DNA of 64,000 bases from Escherichia phage vB_EcoM_VR7, in the sequence record NC_014792.1; one strand, written 5' to 3'. This document shows positions 63,863 to 64,000 of the stretch, piece after piece. A model generated the notes under the pieces. That model was not told the DNA's origin and made no database searches. It saw nothing but the letters and a program-made list of their open reading frames with translations. Position 1 is the stretch's first letter. Each line of letters opens with the position of its first letter. The position numbers and the translations under genes were made by a program.

Positions 63863-64000
63863 ATCCGGAGGTATACATCATCAGATATCGGTGTATATCT
63901 TCGAATCCTTCGTTAAATTGTTCAATGATTTGTTCAATTTCATCTTCAGATAAACTTTTAAACAACTTGTTAAACGATACATTGTTTAACTCATTCCCAT
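63863..64000 (-). CDS. asiA: Anti-sigma factor AsiA, C-terminal portion (5' end outside window)
   Basis: Minus-strand frame ends ...EQFNEGFEDIHRYLMMYTSGF*, matching the T4 AsiA C-terminus (...DEFNEGFEGVYRYLEMYT..). Confidence 0.7.

Overview
This window is a ~64 kb segment of a T4-like (Tevenvirinae-type) phage genome, collinear with T4 from gene 18 to asiA. Order: 18 (3' end), 19, 20, 67, 68, 21, 22, 23, 24, rnlB, hoc, inh, uvsW, uvsW.1, uvsY, 25, 26, 51, 27, 28, 29, 48, 54, alt, 30 (DNA ligase), 30.x, rIII, 31, cd, pseT, spanins, alc-like, rnlA, denA, nrdB, nrdA, td, frd, 32, 59, 33, dsbA, rnh, 34, 35, 36, 37, 38, t, asiA (partial). Protein identities were recognised by eye from the supplied translations against remembered T4 proteins (roughly 60-85% aa identity for core genes); no database search was run. 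Regulation follows the T4 pattern: TATAAATA late promoters before structural genes, MotA-box middle promoters, GTTTAC...TATAAT early promoters often inside hairpins, and GC hairpin plus T-run terminators. Departures from T4 are: (i) an insertion between rnlB and hoc carrying a collagen-like repeat protein and a second Hoc-like protein, (ii) a diverged tandem paralog of vertex gene 24, (iii) two free-standing HNH endonuclease genes (between 18/19 and next to pseT), (iv) a truncated paralog of the alc-like gene, (v) an unannotated small membrane-peptide ORF after the spanin pair, (vi) intron-less td and nrdB. The rnlB-hoc insertion is my best candidate for something new, but it is a hypothesis about capsid decoration, not a demonstrated system. 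No tRNA, rRNA or CRISPR array was found. The ORF track includes GTG/TTG starts, so several starts were moved to internal ATGs with a Shine-Dalgarno. Motif coordinates read by eye may be off by 1-2 nt.
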